Below are positions 48,620-58,692 of a DNA stretch of 64,000 nucleotides, in pieces. The notes under the pieces were generated by a model. That model did no database searches, was not told the DNA's origin, and saw only the letters and a list, made by a program, of their open reading frames with translations. The position numbers and the translations under genes were made by a program. Within the stretch, counting starts at the first letter, position 1. Each line of letters opens with the position of its first letter. Origin of the DNA: Flavobacteriales bacterium (GTDB taxonomy: Bacteria > Bacteroidota > Bacteroidia > UBA10329); contig JAIPBJ010000004.1 of the NCBI GenBank assembly GCA_021739625.1, positions 1,335-65,334 on the forward strand, given 5' to 3'.

Positions 48620-49924
48620 CTAAAATTTGTCCACCCCATCCGCCTTTTCCAGCACTTTCTCAACCAGTCCGTCCTTGTATCTGACTTTGAGGGTCACCTG
48701 ACCCTCGCGGTCCCAATATGTGTTGGTGCCGTGCATCCGGCCGTTCTTGTAATAGCTCACAAACCACTTTTCGCCCCGCTCATACCAACCTTGGGCCATT
48801 CCGTTCTGCCGGCCGGCCAGGTAATTCAGTTCCTGGAATTTGTTGCCATTTACATAATAGAGCTTCCAAAGCCCGTCCTTCTGACCCTTCACATAACTGC
48901 CCTCGGCACGAAGCTGGCCGTTGTCGTGCCACTCTTTGTTGTAGCCATGCTCAAGCCCTTCCTCATAGCTCTTCTCATATTGCACTATACCGCTCGGATA
49001 CCACAGTTTGGCATTGCCGTTACGCAGACCGTCCTTGTAGTCCACAATGAACTGCGGCTCGCTGTTGTCAAAGAATCCCAGCCATTGTCCCACCATCTTG
49101 CCATCGATGAACTCGCCTTTCTCTTTTTCCTTGCCGTTCCTGTGCCAAGAAACCCAGATGCCGGTCTCCTTGTCGTTGTTGAAACTGCCTTTACTGAATT
49201 GCTTACCATCCTCAAAGAACCGGTTCCACTCACCAGTTTTCAGGCCATTTGAGAAATTGCCCCGTTTCCAGAGTTTGCCTCCATCCTCATAATAGTATTC
49301 CCATGTGCCGGTGATATGGTCCTGCGCGAAGCTTCCTTTACTGCCTAGTGTACCGTTCTCATAATAGAATTTCCATTCGCCCTCGCGGAGGTCTGCATTG
49401 AATCTGCCCTCCATTTCCACCTTGCCATTCTCATAATACCACTTGAAAGCCCCTTGTTTTTTGCCATCCGCCATTTCACCGTCCACATTCACCTTCCCGT
49501 TTTGGAAATATTCCACGTGCCGACCGTGTTCCTCGTCATTTTTGAAATTCAGCTCCTTCTGTATCTTTCCATCAGGGAAGTAGTGGTTCCAACCGCCATG
49601 ACGCTTGCCATCCTTGACCTGTCCTTCAAATTCCACTTTTTCGTTGTCATAATAACTGGCGTTACTCCCATTCTCCATCTGTTGGTCACTCAGGAGCTTG
49701 CCGTTTCTGTAGAAACATTTCCAATGGCCTGTCTTTTCTCCAGCGGCATAGCTGCCTTCGCAGAAGGGTTCGCCTCCCTCATACCATGATCTGAACGGGC
49801 CGTCTTTAAGGCCATCGATAGTGGTGCCCTGTTCCTTCAAAGTGCCGTTGGGCCATTTCTCCTCAAACACCTGTTGCGAAGCGGCAAGGAAAGGAAGGAA
49901 GATTAGAATGAGTATGAAGCGCAT
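48620..49924 (-). CDS. MORN-variant repeat (YwqK-like) exported protein
   Basis: Many G.W..YY.NG repeats; signal peptide. Confidence 0.9.
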   Translation of the reverse strand: MRFILILIFLPFLAASQQVFEEKWPNGTLKEQGTTIDGLKDGPFRSWYEGGEPFCEGSYAAGEKTGHWKCFYRNGKLLSDQQMENGSNASYYDNEKVEFEGQVKDGKRHGGWNHYFPDGKIQKELNFKNDEEHGRHVEYFQNGKVNVDGEMADGKKQGAFKWYYENGKVEMEGRFNADLREGEWKFYYENGTLGSKGSFAQDHITGTWEYYYEDGGKLWKRGNFSNGLKTGEWNRFFEDGKQFSKGSFNNDKETGIWVSWHRNGKEKEKGEFIDGKMVGQWLGFFDNSEPQFIVDYKDGLRNGNAKLWYPSGIVQYEKSYEEGLEHGYNKEWHDNGQLRAEGSYVKGQKDGLWKLYYVNGNKFQELNYLAGRQNGMAQGWYERGEKWFVSYYKNGRMHGTNTYWDREGQVTLKVRYKDGLVEKVLEKADGVDKF

Positions 49925-49987
49925 CTGGGGGGATGAATTATTTATGATTGACCGGTCGCAGATTAACGAATTTGAACCTTGGAATAT

Positions 49988-50284
49988 TTAATTCAGAACT
50001 AACTCCGTCACCATCTCACTGCCCAATTCTTTGTTCAGACTTTCAACGATCTGCGTCCGCGCAAAGGAAAGTTCGTGGCGTATGGCAGCACTGTCCAACG
50101 TTACAGTGAGCCGACCGTTGCGGAATGAGACGGAGCTGGTGTGGTTCTTCACCATCAGACCTAGCAGGTCACCCCAGAGGTGTACTATCTGGGTCTCCTT
50201 TGCCCTGCGCGCCATCGGGTGGCCGTTGAGCCAATCGTCAATGACGTCCTTGAGGGGCTGCTGGTTGGAAGTGCGTCTGGCCAT
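49988..50284 (-). CDS. DUF721/DciA-family protein
   Basis: MARRTSNQQPLKDVI...W.DLLG...LDSAAIRHEL. Confidence 0.85.
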   Translation of the reverse strand: MARRTSNQQPLKDVIDDWLNGHPMARRAKETQIVHLWGDLLGLMVKNHTSSVSFRNGRLTVTLDSAAIRHELSFARTQIVESLNKELGSEMVTELVLN

Positions 50285-50345
50285 GTGAAGATGCCCACGA
50301 AAATACGGAGCACTTGTGCAGAAATCTTCCGCTTTTATTGAAACG

Positions 50346-50430
50346 TACCCGGAGCGGGGGTCGAACCCGCACGGCCGCAATGGCCACAGGATTTTAAGTC
50401 CTGCGTGTCTACCGATTCCACCATCCGGGC
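50346..50430 (-). tRNA. tRNA-Leu (TAA)
   Basis: GCCCGGATGGTGGAATCGGTAGACAC..CAGGA-CTTAAAA-TCCTG, long variable arm, GGTTCGACCC. Confidence 0.95.
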
Positions 50431-50451
50431 AGCAGTGCTGCAATATGCACA

Positions 50452-50479
50452 AAAAGAAAATCCTCCACAGGGGAGGATT
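50452..50479 (-). terminator. Terminator-like hairpin after tRNA-Gly
   Basis: Minus strand aatcctcc-cctgt-ggaggatt followed by a T-rich run. Confidence 0.6.
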
Positions 50480-50494
50480 CACTTTCGGTATTAT

Positions 50495-50570
<76 letters not shown>

Positions 50571-50633
50571 GTTTGGGGCTGCAAATGTAGATGATTCTTT
50601 GATTTTGGGATTGAGCGGTTGAATTTTTTTCAA

Positions 50634-53264
50634 TCACCTCCTCCCACCCGTCAGCACCTTCTTTATCCCGTGCAGTTTCATCAGTGCTTCCACAGGCGTG
50701 AGGGTGTCGATGTCGGTCTTCAGGATCTCCTCGCGCACCTGTTCCAGCACGGGGTCGTCCAGTTGGAAGAAGCTGAGTTGGAGGCCATCATCCGCAGGCT
50801 TGGATTTTTTCCCACCTGGAGATGCGCCAGTGGGCTTCTCCTCGCGCGATGCCTCCAAAGCAGACAGTATCTCGTTGGCGCGCTGCACCACGAGGGCGGG
50901 CATCCCAGCCATCTTAGCCACATGGATGCCGAAACTGTGGGCAGTTCCACCTGGCTTCAGTTTGCGGAGAAACAGCACTTTGGTTCCCAATTCCTTGACT
51001 TCCACATGGAAATTCCTTACACGGGGAAATCGGCCCTCCAGGTCGTTCAGCTCGTGATAGTGCGTGGCGAAGAGCACGTTGGGCCGTGCGCGGTTGCCCT
51101 CGTGCAGATACTCCACAATGGCCATCGCTATGCTGATGCCATCGTAGGTGCTGGTGCCGCGCCCTATCTCATCGAGGATGATGAGACTCTGAGATGTCAT
51201 GTTGTTGAGGATGCTGGCCGTCTCGTTCATCTCCACCATGAAGGTGCTCTCGCCCTGCGCGAGATTATCGCTGGCGCCCACGCGGCTGAACACCTTGTCC
51301 ACGATGCCCAGCGCGGCACCTTTGGCAGGCACGAAGCACCCCGCCTGTGCCATAATTGTGATGAGGGCTGTCTGCCTCAGTAGTGCGCTCTTGCCGCTCA
51401 TGTTCGGCCCAGTGATAATAAGCACCTGCTGTTTTTCGTTGTCAAGGAGGACATCGTTGGCCACGTACTCCTCACCGATGGGCAGCGATTGCTCGATGAC
51501 GGGGTGGCGGCCGTCCTGGATCTGGATGGAACTGCCGTCCACGAATCGAGGGCGGGTGTATTGGTTGACCTCGCTCGTCTGTGCGAAACTCAGCAGGCAG
51601 TCGAGCTGCGCGATGATGGCCGCATCCTGCTGTATGGCGGGGATACTTTCGGTCAGGTCGAGCACAAGCTGCTGATACATCTCCGACTCCAGCCGAAGCA
51701 CCTTCTCCTCCGCACCGAGAATCTTCTCCTCCAGATCCTTCAATTCCGGTGTGATGTAACGCTCTTGATTCACCAGTGTCTGCTTACGAATCCACTCTTG
51801 TGGCACCTTATCGCGGTGGGTGTTCGTTACTTCGAGGTAATAGCCAAACACGTTGTTGAACCCGATCTTCAGGCTGGAAATGCCCGTGGCCTCAGCCTCG
51901 CGGTGCTGAACAGCGGCCAGTTTGTCCTTGCCGTGGTATGCCAGTTCGCGCAGCCCGTCCAGTTCTTCCGAGAGGCCATCTCGCATCACCCCGCCCTTGC
52001 TTACCACAGCGGGCGCATCTTCGCTGATGCCGTTGGTGATTTTCTCCAAAGCAGAGCCGACAGGATGGATGCGGTCGGCCATTTCGTGCAACGGCTCGCA
52101 GCCTAGAGCTGTCAGCGATTCCTTAATGGCGGGAAGGCGTTGCAGGGCACGTTTCAGTTGCAGCAGTTCACGCGGGTTCACACGGGAGGTGGAGATCTTC
52201 GAGGCCAAACGCTCCAGATCGCCTGTCTCGTTGAGGGCGGAGAGTAGGGTATTTCTAGCCTCTTCAGATGATAGTAGTGCCTCCAATGCCTCCAATCTTT
52301 TTTCGATGAGATGTTTCTCCTTCAATGGAAGAGCCAGCCAACGTTTCATCATTCGTGCGCCCATCGGGGTCACGGTCTGGTCGAGGATGGAGAGCAGGCT
52401 CTTGCCATCGGGATGGGCGGGATGCAATATCTCAAGATTGCGCATTGTGAAGCCATCGACCCACATATAGCGGTCGGGTTCGATGCGTGAGATGGCGGAA
52501 ATGTGAGCCGTACGGCTGTGCTCAGTGTCGCTGAGGTACTGTACTGCTGCGCCTGCTGCGATGATACCGTGATTCAGGTGCTCCACTCCGAAGCCCTTGA
52601 GGTTGCGCGTGCCGAAATGGCGATTCAGTGTCTCTTCCGCAAACTGTGCGGAGAAGGCCCAATCCTCCATGGTGAAAGTGCAATTTCCCTCACCAAAGAC
52701 TTCGTGGAATCGACCTCGAAAGCTTTTGCGGAACACGAACTCGCTTGGCGAGAAGTTCTGCACCAGCTTTTGGGCGTAGGCCACACCGCCCTCGGCCACA
52801 AGGAATTCACCAGTACTGATATCGAGGAACGCGAGGCCGATGCCATCGCCATCGAAATGGACGCTGCACAGGAAATTGTTGCTGCGCTGCTCCAACACGT
52901 TATCGTTCATGCTCAGGCCAGGGGTTACCAGCTCGGTCACCCCGCGTTTCACAATGCCTTTCACCATTCTGGGATCCTCCAACTGGTCGCAGACCGCTAC
53001 ACGGAATCCGGCTCTCACTAGCTTTGGCAGATAGGATTCGAGAGAATGATACGGGAACCCGGCCAGTTCGATATGCGAAGCAGCACCGTTGGCCCGCTTG
53101 GTGAGCACGATGCCCAGCACCTTCGATGCCCTTACCGCATCCTGCCCGAAGGTCTCGTAAAAGTCACCAACACGGAAAAGCAGAATTGCATCAGGGTACT
53201 TACCCTTGATGGCATTGAATTGCTTCATCAATGGAGTTTCCGACTCTTTTGCTGCTTTGGCCAA
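50634..53264 (-). CDS. mutS: DNA mismatch repair protein MutS
   Basis: TPLMKQF, FRVGDFYETF, GPNMSGKS, DEIGRGTSTYDG. Confidence 0.98.
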   Translation of the reverse strand: MAKAAKESETPLMKQFNAIKGKYPDAILLFRVGDFYETFGQDAVRASKVLGIVLTKRANGAASHIELAGFPYHSLESYLPKLVRAGFRVAVCDQLEDPRMVKGIVKRGVTELVTPGLSMNDNVLEQRSNNFLCSVHFDGDGIGLAFLDISTGEFLVAEGGVAYAQKLVQNFSPSEFVFRKSFRGRFHEVFGEGNCTFTMEDWAFSAQFAEETLNRHFGTRNLKGFGVEHLNHGIIAAGAAVQYLSDTEHSRTAHISAISRIEPDRYMWVDGFTMRNLEILHPAHPDGKSLLSILDQTVTPMGARMMKRWLALPLKEKHLIEKRLEALEALLSSEEARNTLLSALNETGDLERLASKISTSRVNPRELLQLKRALQRLPAIKESLTALGCEPLHEMADRIHPVGSALEKITNGISEDAPAVVSKGGVMRDGLSEELDGLRELAYHGKDKLAAVQHREAEATGISSLKIGFNNVFGYYLEVTNTHRDKVPQEWIRKQTLVNQERYITPELKDLEEKILGAEEKVLRLESEMYQQLVLDLTESIPAIQQDAAIIAQLDCLLSFAQTSEVNQYTRPRFVDGSSIQIQDGRHPVIEQSLPIGEEYVANDVLLDNEKQQVLIITGPNMSGKSALLRQTALITIMAQAGCFVPAKGAALGIVDKVFSRVGASDNLAQGESTFMVEMNETASILNNMTSQSLIILDEIGRGTSTYDGISIAMAIVEYLHEGNRARPNVLFATHYHELNDLEGRFPRVRNFHVEVKELGTKVLFLRKLKPGGTAHSFGIHVAKMAGMPALVVQRANEILSALEASREEKPTGASPGGKKSKPADDGLQLSFFQLDDPVLEQVREEILKTDIDTLTPVEALMKLHGIKKVLTGGRR

Positions 53265-53312
53265 GGGGATGGGTAATTTTGAGGGGTGGCTAAGGTAACT
53301 GTGTCAGAAGGA

Positions 53313-53852
53313 ATGGAGAGGGGCAAGAAGTTGCGGATGGACGAATTGGGACGGCCTTCAAAAGAGGGGTTTGCCAGTTCTGAGCGTTTGCCTGTAACTG
53401 TGGTGCTTGACAATGTGCGAAGCCTTCACAACGTGGGTTCCATTTTCCGCACAGCCGATGCTTTTGCCATAGAGTCGATCCATCTCTGCGGCATCACCGC
53501 TACCCCCCCCAATCGAGAAATCAACAAGACAGCACTCGGTGCTACTGAGACTGTTCCGTGGATTTACTGGGAGCATACATTGCAGGCCATAGTTCATCTG
53601 AAGTCACTGGGCTATGTGATCGTAGCCGCGGAACAGGTGGCTGGAAGCACTTCGCTTCACGATTTCATTCCTTCTGAGGAAAGAAAATACGTAGTGGTCT
53701 TTGGGCATGAGGTTCATGGTGTGGCGCAGGACATTCTTGATCAGTGCCATCATTTCGTGGAAATCCCTCAGTTGGGAACAAAGCATTCGCTCAATGTTTC
53801 TGTGAGTGCAGGCATCGTACTTTGGGAATTACTGCGCAGATTGCGCTTCTGA
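53313..53852 (+). CDS. TrmH/SpoU-family RNA methyltransferase
   Basis: VLDNVRSLHNVGSIFRT, FGHEVHG, SLNVSVSAG; start may be 53286. Confidence 0.92.
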   Translation: MERGKKLRMDELGRPSKEGFASSERLPVTVVLDNVRSLHNVGSIFRTADAFAIESIHLCGITATPPNREINKTALGATETVPWIYWEHTLQAIVHLKSLGYVIVAAEQVAGSTSLHDFIPSEERKYVVVFGHEVHGVAQDILDQCHHFVEIPQLGTKHSLNVSVSAGIVLWELLRRLRF

Positions 53853-53894
53853 CCCGAAGAGTACAGAGTTGCCGTATTTGGGCTTTACTCCAAC

Positions 53895-53927
53895 AAAAAA
53901 GCCGCCCCGGAAATCGGAGCGGCTTTT
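53895..53927. terminator. Bidirectional terminator between convergent genes
   Basis: aaaaaagccgc...gcggctttt. Confidence 0.8.
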
Positions 53928-53945
53928 CTATTTCAAGGAGTCAGA

Positions 53946-55469
53946 TTATTGAACTACGAAGTCAACCCTTCTGTTCACGTTGAGTGCATCGTCTGTCTGA
54001 GACAGGGGCTTGGAGAAGCCTTCACTCACAACTGTGAGGCGACCGGCATCGATACCATACACTTTTACGAGATGGTCAACTGCTGCCTGAGCGCGTTTCT
54101 CAGCAAGTGATTTGTTGTAGTCCTCAGCACCGGTCTTGTCTGCATGACCTACAACATTGACTTTCACGCCTGAGTTTGTTTTGAGAACCTTGGCCACTTC
54201 AGCCAGCTTATCATAGCTGCTCCAGTAGTCGATGCGCGAGCTGTTGACCTTGAAGTAAATGGATAGCAGAGTGCCACCGCTTGCAACAGTCGATTTTGAT
54301 TCGCCATCCTTAGCTTTCAGGTCAATCGTCTTGCCTTGGAAGTTCACCAAGTTGCCAGCAGGTGTGTTGGGCTCAAGGTCTTGGCTGTCAGCTACCCCGT
54401 CAGCGTCAGAGTCAAGTTCACGACCAGATTCGTCCACGCGGGCACCTTTGGAAGTGAACGGATCTGAATCGAGATAGTCAGGCACACCGTCACCGTCTGT
54501 ATCCAGTGCACGTCCGCTACCATCTACGGCCAAATCGGCAGGGGTGCTAGGCTCTTTATCAAAGAGGTCAGATACACCGTCACCATCGCTGTCCACGGCC
54601 AGACCTTCAAGATTGGTCTCGATATCGTCAAGTTTCTTGTTCAGGGACTGGAAAGGATTGACCCATTCTTCGCTGGTCTTGTTCTTGCCGAATTTGAATG
54701 CAAGGAACATGGATGCGTAGCTGTAACTGTCATTGACACCAGTGTTACCCACAGTGGCATCCAACTTGTCGCTGAAAGTGAAACGGTGCGTGTACTCAAG
54801 ACCCAGATCGAATCTCCGTGAAAGACGGAATTTGACTCCAATTCCCAGCGGGAATATGGTTTCAGTAGTTCTGTTCTTGTGATTCTCCGTTCCCTGATTG
54901 ATATATCCAACGCTGTTCACGAACTCATCGTTATACAGACCTGTTTTCAGCGAGCGGAAGGAGATGAAGCCGATGCCACCTGTCAGGTAGGATGTCACCC
55001 TACGTTCTTTCGTACGGTCAGAATATAGGAGATTGACCCAGTTGAAGGTGAAGTTCAACGTGTAGTCAATAAAGTGATTCTTGAATTTGACGTTGGTGAA
55101 CTGCGTTGGAGGAATGCTGGAATTGCCGGCAGGAGAATTGACAGCAAGACGCCTTACACCGCCCAGCGTACCACCCATCACGTTGATGTTGGCCCCGAAA
55201 ACAGGTGAAATCTGGTAGGCCACGTACCCGCCACCCGCGAAATTCCAGCGCTCTTCAGCATTGTCAGTCAACCACCAGTCGTACTGACGGACATCACCAT
55301 AAAAAATGGTGTGACCACCGTGACCTCCAATTGAGAACTTGTTGAACTTGACCTTGCCGCTTTTCTGCTTGGCCTCTTTCTCCTGTTTCTTGGCCTCTTT
55401 TTTATCCTGACCAAAGGATGGAGCACCAAGAAACGCAAGTGCGGTAATTAAGAGTAGTCCCTTTTTCAT
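53946..55469 (-). CDS. OmpA-family outer membrane protein with thrombospondin type-3 repeats
   Basis: Beta-barrel N-terminus, DSDGDGV repeats, GHAD..YN..L..KRA, NRRVDF. Confidence 0.93.
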   Translation of the reverse strand: MKKGLLLITALAFLGAPSFGQDKKEAKKQEKEAKQKSGKVKFNKFSIGGHGGHTIFYGDVRQYDWWLTDNAEERWNFAGGGYVAYQISPVFGANINVMGGTLGGVRRLAVNSPAGNSSIPPTQFTNVKFKNHFIDYTLNFTFNWVNLLYSDRTKERRVTSYLTGGIGFISFRSLKTGLYNDEFVNSVGYINQGTENHKNRTTETIFPLGIGVKFRLSRRFDLGLEYTHRFTFSDKLDATVGNTGVNDSYSYASMFLAFKFGKNKTSEEWVNPFQSLNKKLDDIETNLEGLAVDSDGDGVSDLFDKEPSTPADLAVDGSGRALDTDGDGVPDYLDSDPFTSKGARVDESGRELDSDADGVADSQDLEPNTPAGNLVNFQGKTIDLKAKDGESKSTVASGGTLLSIYFKVNSSRIDYWSSYDKLAEVAKVLKTNSGVKVNVVGHADKTGAEDYNKSLAEKRAQAAVDHLVKVYGIDAGRLTVVSEGFSKPLSQTDDALNVNRRVDFVVQ

Positions 55470-55584
55470 ATCAACTTGGATGATGTTCTTACTTGTTTGA
55501 TTAGATTCAATTCACATTTCGTTCAATGACGAATGCGCTGCAAAAGTAACCAAAGGCATCAATTGGCAAAATGACAAAAAAAAA

Positions 55585-56250
55585 TCATGAATCAATGTTC
55601 AAAGGGTCGATGAAGGTGATTCCCGGACTATGGTGTTTCTGCAAATGCGAGAGGATTCTTGACAGATCCGATTGTGAGGAAACGAAGTCAATTTGTTCTG
55701 TGTCAATGATTAATATCGGTGTTTCGGGCTGTTGCCGGAAGGAGTCAAGATAGCCGGCCGTAATTCTCATGAGATAGGCGATGTCAATCTCCTGCTCAAA
55801 GTCCCGTCCTCGCTTTTGGATGTGGCGCATGGATTTTTCCTCTGAACAATGCAGATAGACAAGCAGGTCTGGTCTGGGAAGGCGACCATGAATGATCTGA
55901 AAGAGGCTTCGGTACAGTTCGAATTCGTCCTCGGGCAGGTTGATAGCAGCGAAGATGAGCGACTTGGCAAAGGAATAGTCAGCCACAACGCACGGTTTGA
56001 AAAGGTCTGTTCGCCCAAGCTCGTTGCGATTCTGGTGATAGCGTTCGGCAAGAAAGCTCAGCTCCAATGCGAATGCGTGCCGCTCTGGATTTTGATAGAA
56101 CTTGGGAAGGAACGGATTGTCGCTGAACTGTTCAAGCATCAGCCTTGCATTCCATTTATCGGCCAGGATCTTGGCCAAGGAGGTCTTGCCCGAGCCGATG
56201 TTGCCCTCAATGACCACGTAATTCCTCTGTACTGTCGAAGCTGTTGTCAT
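55585..56250 (-). CDS. Deoxynucleoside kinase
   Basis: IEGNIGSGKT, NPFLPKFY, KRGRDFE. Confidence 0.93.
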   Translation of the reverse strand: MTTASTVQRNYVVIEGNIGSGKTSLAKILADKWNARLMLEQFSDNPFLPKFYQNPERHAFALELSFLAERYHQNRNELGRTDLFKPCVVADYSFAKSLIFAAINLPEDEFELYRSLFQIIHGRLPRPDLLVYLHCSEEKSMRHIQKRGRDFEQEIDIAYLMRITAGYLDSFRQQPETPILIIDTEQIDFVSSQSDLSRILSHLQKHHSPGITFIDPLNIDS

Positions 56251-56753
56251 GGTGCAGGGAGTTGGTGGACATCACCCGTGTCGCTACATGCATTCAGTAG
56301 TTCCTGATATGTGAGGCCTGTGGTCGGATGAATGGCGCCTCCGGCAATCTCGCACAGCGGCAGCAACGCAAACCTTCGTTGCGCAATTAGGGGGTGCGGC
56401 ACCTTCAGGGTGGCTTCTGTGATTGTGCCACCGTTCCAATGCAGTATGTCGATATCAATCGTACGCGACATGTATCCGGCCAAGGACTCACGTATCCGCC
56501 CAAGCCCTTCTTCAATTTGATGTATGACCATCAACACCTCGATCGGTGACAATTCACTGGATATGATCAGCGCCTGATTGAGAAAGTGATGAGTGGACTG
56601 AAATCCCCAAGGTTCAGATCTGTAAATAGAGGAGGTCGAAGTAACCTTGCCGATCCTATCCTCAATCTCTGTGCCCGCTTCTTTGAGCGTCAACTGGCTG
56701 TTGCCGAGGTTGGATCCGAGCAGCAGGATGTATTCTTGGCGTGTAGCGTTCAA
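56247..56753 (-). CDS. folK: 6-hydroxymethyl-7,8-dihydropterin pyrophosphokinase
   Basis: LGSNLG, FLNQA, RTIDIDIL, VPHP. Confidence 0.95.
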   Translation of the reverse strand: MNATRQEYILLLGSNLGNSQLTLKEAGTEIEDRIGKVTSTSSIYRSEPWGFQSTHHFLNQALIISSELSPIEVLMVIHQIEEGLGRIRESLAGYMSRTIDIDILHWNGGTITEATLKVPHPLIAQRRFALLPLCEIAGGAIHPTTGLTYQELLNACSDTGDVHQLPAP

Positions 56754-56864
56754 CGATCCGGGTTATCAGCGAGGCTGCGAATATGGGTTTTAACATTCGA
56801 TAACGGGAAGGATGTCATCAACTTTGGGGCGTGGCTACCTTTGTCGCCCTTAAACCAAGAAAAA

Positions 56865-58631
56865 ATGAGACAATTCTTCAAATTCATGTTTGCCAGCGCA
56901 CTCGGTCTGGTGGTAGGTATCTTCCTGCTGATATTGATCCTTGCCGGCATCGGTGCCTCGCTGGGAAGTAAAGGCGAGGTGACAGTGAAAGAGAATTCTG
57001 TGCTGCACATCACCCTGAATACTGAGATAAAGGAGCGGGGTGTCAACAACCCGTTCGACATCGATCCATCTACTTTCAAACCGAAGAGCAGCCTTGGATT
57101 GAATGAGATTCTTGCAAGCATCGAGAAGGCTGCCACTGATGACCGCATCAAGGGAATCTACCTCGACATGCAGGGGATTGCCACAGGCATGGCCTCGACA
57201 GAGGAGATCCGCAATGCACTGATCAAATTCAAAGAGAGCGGAAAATGGATAGTGAGCTACAGCGAGGTGTACACCCAGAAGGCCTACTATGTGGCCACTG
57301 TGGCCGATGAGATCTGGCTCAATCCCGAAGGACTGGTCGAATGGCGCGGTCTCGGTTCGCAGGTCGTATTTCTGAAGAACATGTTCGAGAAATTGGAACT
57401 GGAACCGCAGATCATCCGCTATGGCAAGTTCAAAAGCGCGGTGGAACCGCTGATGTTGGACAAAATGAGCGATGCCAACCGTCTGCAGACCATGACCTAT
57501 ATGGACGCACTTTGGGATCAGATGCTGATGGGTGTGGCCGCATCGCGTGGAAAGACCGTGGAGGAATTGGATGCCATGGCCCAGAACGCCACCATCCGCA
57601 AGGCCGATCACGCCCTTGATCATGGGCTGGTGGACGCGCTGAGATACAAGGATGAGGTGCTGGCCGACATCCGCGCCCGTCTGTCCATCGAAAAGGAGGA
57701 CGAGAAGATCAATTTCATCGCTATTGGAAGTTACAAGGACGCGGCCAAACCGAAGGACGATGATGCCTCATCATCGCGCGACAGGGTGGCCGTGATCTAT
57801 GCCGTTGGCAGCATCGATACCGGTGAGGGCGATGATGAGAGCATCGGTTCCGAAACCATCTCCGAAGAGATACGCAAGGCCCGTTTGGACGATAAGGTGA
57901 AGGCCATTGTCCTGCGTGTGAACAGCGGTGGTGGCAGTGCCCTCGCATCGGATGTCATCTGGCGCGAGACCGTCCTTGCAAAGGCCGCCAAGCCTTTCGT
58001 GGTCTCTTTCGGTGATGTGGCCGCATCTGGCGGTTACTACATCTCGTGCGCGGCCGACACCATCGTGGCGCAGCCCAACACCATTACCGGTTCCATCGGG
58101 GTGTTCGGAGTGCTGTTCAACGCACAGAAGATGTTGCAGAACAAATTCGGCATCAGTGTCGATACGGTCAAGACCAACCGCTTTGCCGACCTGGGAGGCC
58201 CACTCCGCCCTTTGTCTGACATGGAGCGCGAGATCATTCAGGAGAGCGTCAATGACATCTACTTCGACTTCATCGGCAAGGTGGCCGAAGGCCGTCATAA
58301 GACCTCGGCCGAGGTGGACAGCATCGGGCAGGGCCGGGTGTGGAGCGGAACGGATGCCTTGCGCATCGGTCTGGTCGATGTGCTGGGCGGTCTGGACGAT
58401 GCCGTGAAAATCGCTGCCGGCATGGCCGGCCTGGAGGACTACCGCGTAACCGAGCTTCCCGAGCAGAAGGATCCCATTGAGCAGATGATGGAAGATCTGA
58501 CCGGTGGAGGCAAGGAGGCCCTGCTCAAGGCACGGCTCGGTGAATACTACACTTATATGAAGGACGTGGAATCGCTGATGAACATGAAAGGCGTGCAGGC
58601 GCGGTTGCCTTACAGCATCTACATCGACTGA
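56865..58631 (+). CDS. sppA: Signal peptide peptidase SppA (67K type)
   Basis: GKFKSAVEP, RVNSGGGSA, AASGGYY, TGSIGV, GQGRVW; ATG 56865. Confidence 0.96.
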   Translation: MRQFFKFMFASALGLVVGIFLLILILAGIGASLGSKGEVTVKENSVLHITLNTEIKERGVNNPFDIDPSTFKPKSSLGLNEILASIEKAATDDRIKGIYLDMQGIATGMASTEEIRNALIKFKESGKWIVSYSEVYTQKAYYVATVADEIWLNPEGLVEWRGLGSQVVFLKNMFEKLELEPQIIRYGKFKSAVEPLMLDKMSDANRLQTMTYMDALWDQMLMGVAASRGKTVEELDAMAQNATIRKADHALDHGLVDALRYKDEVLADIRARLSIEKEDEKINFIAIGSYKDAAKPKDDDASSSRDRVAVIYAVGSIDTGEGDDESIGSETISEEIRKARLDDKVKAIVLRVNSGGGSALASDVIWRETVLAKAAKPFVVSFGDVAASGGYYISCAADTIVAQPNTITGSIGVFGVLFNAQKMLQNKFGISVDTVKTNRFADLGGPLRPLSDMEREIIQESVNDIYFDFIGKVAEGRHKTSAEVDSIGQGRVWSGTDALRIGLVDVLGGLDDAVKIAAGMAGLEDYRVTELPEQKDPIEQMMEDLTGGGKEALLKARLGEYYTYMKDVESLMNMKGVQARLPYSIYID

Positions 58632-58652
58632 CCCTGTCATCATTTTGTGAAG

Positions 58653-58690
58653 AACCCCGTGCGGCCATGGTCGGACGGGGTTTTTCGTTT
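58653..58690 (+). terminator. Intrinsic terminator after sppA
   Basis: aaccccgt...acggggtt followed by a T-rich run. Confidence 0.7.
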
Positions 58691-58692
58691 AC

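Noticed and set aside
48620-49924. YwqK antitoxin of a toxin-antitoxin system
   Set aside because: Generic exported MORN-variant repeat protein with no adjacent toxin.
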